From contig NC_092677.1 in NCBI RefSeq assembly GCF_964355755.1, positions 828,101-892,100 of the forward strand: a stretch of 64,000 bases of DNA, given 5' to 3'. The notes beneath the pieces are model-generated. The model did not search any database and was not told where the DNA came from. It was given only the letters and a program-made list of their open reading frames with translations. Numbering within the stretch: position 1 is the stretch's first letter; every line of letters starts with the position of its first letter. Made by a program: the position numbers and the translations under genes. Origin of the DNA: Antedon mediterranea (taxonomy: Eukaryota; Animalia; Echinodermata). Positions 62,701 through 64,000 of this stretch are shown here, in pieces.

Positions 62701-64000
62701 TACAACTGAAAATGGTATATATATTTTGTACACCATGAATGTGCATTTTAATGTAGTGGAATCTGTCAATGTGAGTCAAAATAATGTTCAGGAAACAACA
62801 GGACAAGTTGATATGAATGTCACATCGAAGAAACGAAAGAAAACGGGAGAAGAAACTTGGGACACATTTGAAGATATAGAACCAACACACAAACAGAGTA
62901 AAACTGTTGAAAGCCCTTGTTCGGAAAGCAGAGTAAAAATATTGAGCGGAAAACGAAAACAATCTTATAGAATTAGAAAAGAAAAAGCAAAGAATCGACA
63001 GAGAAATAAACGGGAAAGAGAAGAAAAAAATAATTCAGAAGAAACAAATGAACTCGGACACAAATATCAAAGTGATTCTGTATACACAGAGGAAAAGAAA
63101 CGCAAAGTAAAAGAGACACAAAAAATAAGATATTGTGATGATGATTATAAATTACAAAAAAGGAAGGAAAACAGAGAAAGACAACGCAAAATGTATAGAT
63201 GTGAACCTGAATATAAAGTTAAGGTACGAAATAAAGCTAAACATCACTACAACCTTGATTTGGATTACCGAACAACCAAAAAAGAAACAATGAAGAGTAG
63301 ATACGACAATGATACAATGTTTAGAAATAAAACTAAACAAAATAATAAACAAAGAAATAAGGAAAGGTATCACAATGATCCACAATTTCGACAAAATTTG
63401 AAGCAAAATTTAGCAAAGAAGTATTGTAATAATTCACATTTCAGAGAAAACATTAACCAAAAATTGACAGAGAAGTATCGGGGGAATTTGAAATTTCGAC
63501 AAAACTTTAAGCAGAAATTGGCAGAGAAGTATCAAAGTAATTTGAAATTTAGACAAAACTGTAAAGAAAAATTTACTGAAAAGTATCGGAGTAATTTGAA
63601 ATTTAGACAAAACCTTAAAGACAAACTGGCAGAAAAGTATCGGAGTAATTTGAAATTTAGACAAAAATGCAAAGACAAATTGGCAGAAAAGTATCTGAGT
63701 AATTTGAAATTTAGACAAAACTGTAAAGAAAAATTTACTGAAAAGTATCGGAGTAATTTGAAATTTAGACAAAACTTTAAAGACAAACTGGCAGAAAAGT
63801 ATCGGAGTAATTTGAAATTTAGACAAAAATGCAAAGACAAATTGGCAGAAAAGTATCGGAGTAATTTAAAATTTAGACAAAAATGTAAAGACAAATTGGT
63901 AGAAAAGTATCGGAGTAATTTGAAATTTAGACAAAACTGTAAGCAGAAATTGGCAGAGAAATATCGAGATAATTTAAAATTTCGTCAAAGATGTAAGCAA
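59765..64000 (+). CDS. Helentron transposase polyprotein copy 3, N-terminal 1412 codons (open at window end)
   Basis: ATGGATATGGAATTC start as in copy 2. The frame is consistent with the final TGT AAG CAA codons. PHD, QCVANSL/FDPH, OTU and 54-bp repeats (63419-64000) are present. It is missing from the ORF track presumably because no stop is reached. Confidence 0.88.
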   Translation, partial: MDMEFITLVGIFLLIIFTMIIYLCKNVNKEVTSKKQIFVNTTGNVNNGVMDKTAEFKIVVNDILDLLDECCSTENVKDDRNDDTGNVNCEFMKDTTEFKGIIDDIINILSYGTEVTSEFDDTCDFCNIEVKVDDNCITCDCCSQYFHVKCVRDVFEDKLCNSRVIWICSMCGNNNFVDNMFGEIGIPCHFNRYTILEPDESVTSDFPELMKNKEKRCNNAKLKCQQTGSEDLLGSDWIRVRSKKRTDNRKKRCKNRGNKKRRKRVINGISIEPGVKYIGKGVKDFYERQNNNKMEWNMNTNTYREYNKENGKTNILGNSQTIIDDSGRPMCDDLKNTKVTHGIQQQSGGGSKRLRNNKGRFVKTKKIDNKKAQGNVNLKNDCDTMERFGKDIKNMGNNDNSETKTDEDFKMKCTVENDNTATDDAKAQNNSKMNDRSRIIDSNGTDHKNQTCASCEFEENEVLIIDDGCKKAVTEKLRSHTKPKCDQHTIDPDIEVLRKNNFSEELIIDDVPKQKNTRKRQKTQSINELQVYNSNENITVAQGNFNQGNYRFGFASGKQCVANSLVAILYSTKRNGNEFYTKDLDTILTLGNELYRYIQKDSTMHEDLLMISELPKELDILDNTFVISPKESVFGIIDGNLEFMAEYGALSLNQALEQELHQHDAFFINFNRSTFSIIKRVNGFLIFDPHARDRFGCVSEHGKSILIYSPSWQGVYDYCIRLARSMNCNLHETEFELTGVNIENKSMMLCSASVFDESNLENVDVDEPSTSYQYKCSTRLSDKNIDSKVKGQKHNKETHVSSSNGWQSDSDIEIVNVQYEERPDKNFKFIPISEAQKKNMCNEVRIHCEHTDMNCGINRASQIGHPLQITNITGDGNCFYRAISYIISGTEDNHLLLRRAITNHLLETDDLFINTFSHKYRSVKEYVFKKRVMDNGTWASNTEISAMANLLNTDIYSFNDQLLTWQLFSAKKPGRIDDVTTENGIYILYTMNVHFNVVESVNVSQNNVQETTGQVDMNVTSKKRKKTGEETWDTFEDIEPTHKQSKTVESPCSESRVKILSGKRKQSYRIRKEKAKNRQRNKREREEKNNSEETNELGHKYQSDSVYTEEKKRKVKETQKIRYCDDDYKLQKRKENRERQRKMYRCEPEYKVKVRNKAKHHYNLDLDYRTTKKETMKSRYDNDTMFRNKTKQNNKQRNKERYHNDPQFRQNLKQNLAKKYCNNSHFRENINQKLTEKYRGNLKFRQNFKQKLAEKYQSNLKFRQNCKEKFTEKYRSNLKFRQNLKDKLAEKYRSNLKFRQKCKDKLAEKYLSNLKFRQNCKEKFTEKYRSNLKFRQNFKDKLAEKYRSNLKFRQKCKDKLAEKYRSNLKFRQKCKDKLVEKYRSNLKFRQNCKQKLAEKYRDNLKFRQRCKQ

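Larger units (their letters stand above)
54498..64000 (+). mobile_element. Helentron copy 3 (left part, truncated by window end)
   Basis: Left end and first ~0.7 kb match copy 2, followed by leader exon, array, hairpins and ORF. Confidence 0.92.

Overview
AT-rich eukaryotic (probably invertebrate animal) DNA with no recognisable host gene. Almost the whole window is a cluster of rolling-circle transposons of the Helentron/Helitron2 type. Three large related copies each encode a ~3,000-aa polyprotein on the + strand: N-terminal hydrophobic helix, PHD finger, herpes-tegument-type cysteine protease, OTU protease, 18-aa basic repeats, HUH Rep, PIF1 helicase and AP-like endonuclease. Copy 1 is frameshifted, copy 2 (32457-50580) is complete and intact, and copy 3 runs off the window. 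Seven non-autonomous 1.15-1.9 kb derivatives (HINE/DINE-like) with related termini lie between them. Main observations: (i) the elements appear nested inside each other's A-rich subterminal tract, leaving a stack of orphan right ends at 50536-50923; (ii) the transposase leader holds a variable array (14/5/8 copies) of 343-bp units, each with a splice-site-flanked 32-nt non-coding micro-exon; (iii) three abutting tetraloop hairpins with a compensatory change open the last exon; (iv) the three copies look like recombinant mosaics. Two TIR elements and a tiny poly(A) insertion are also present. All calls come from manual reading; no database searches were run.
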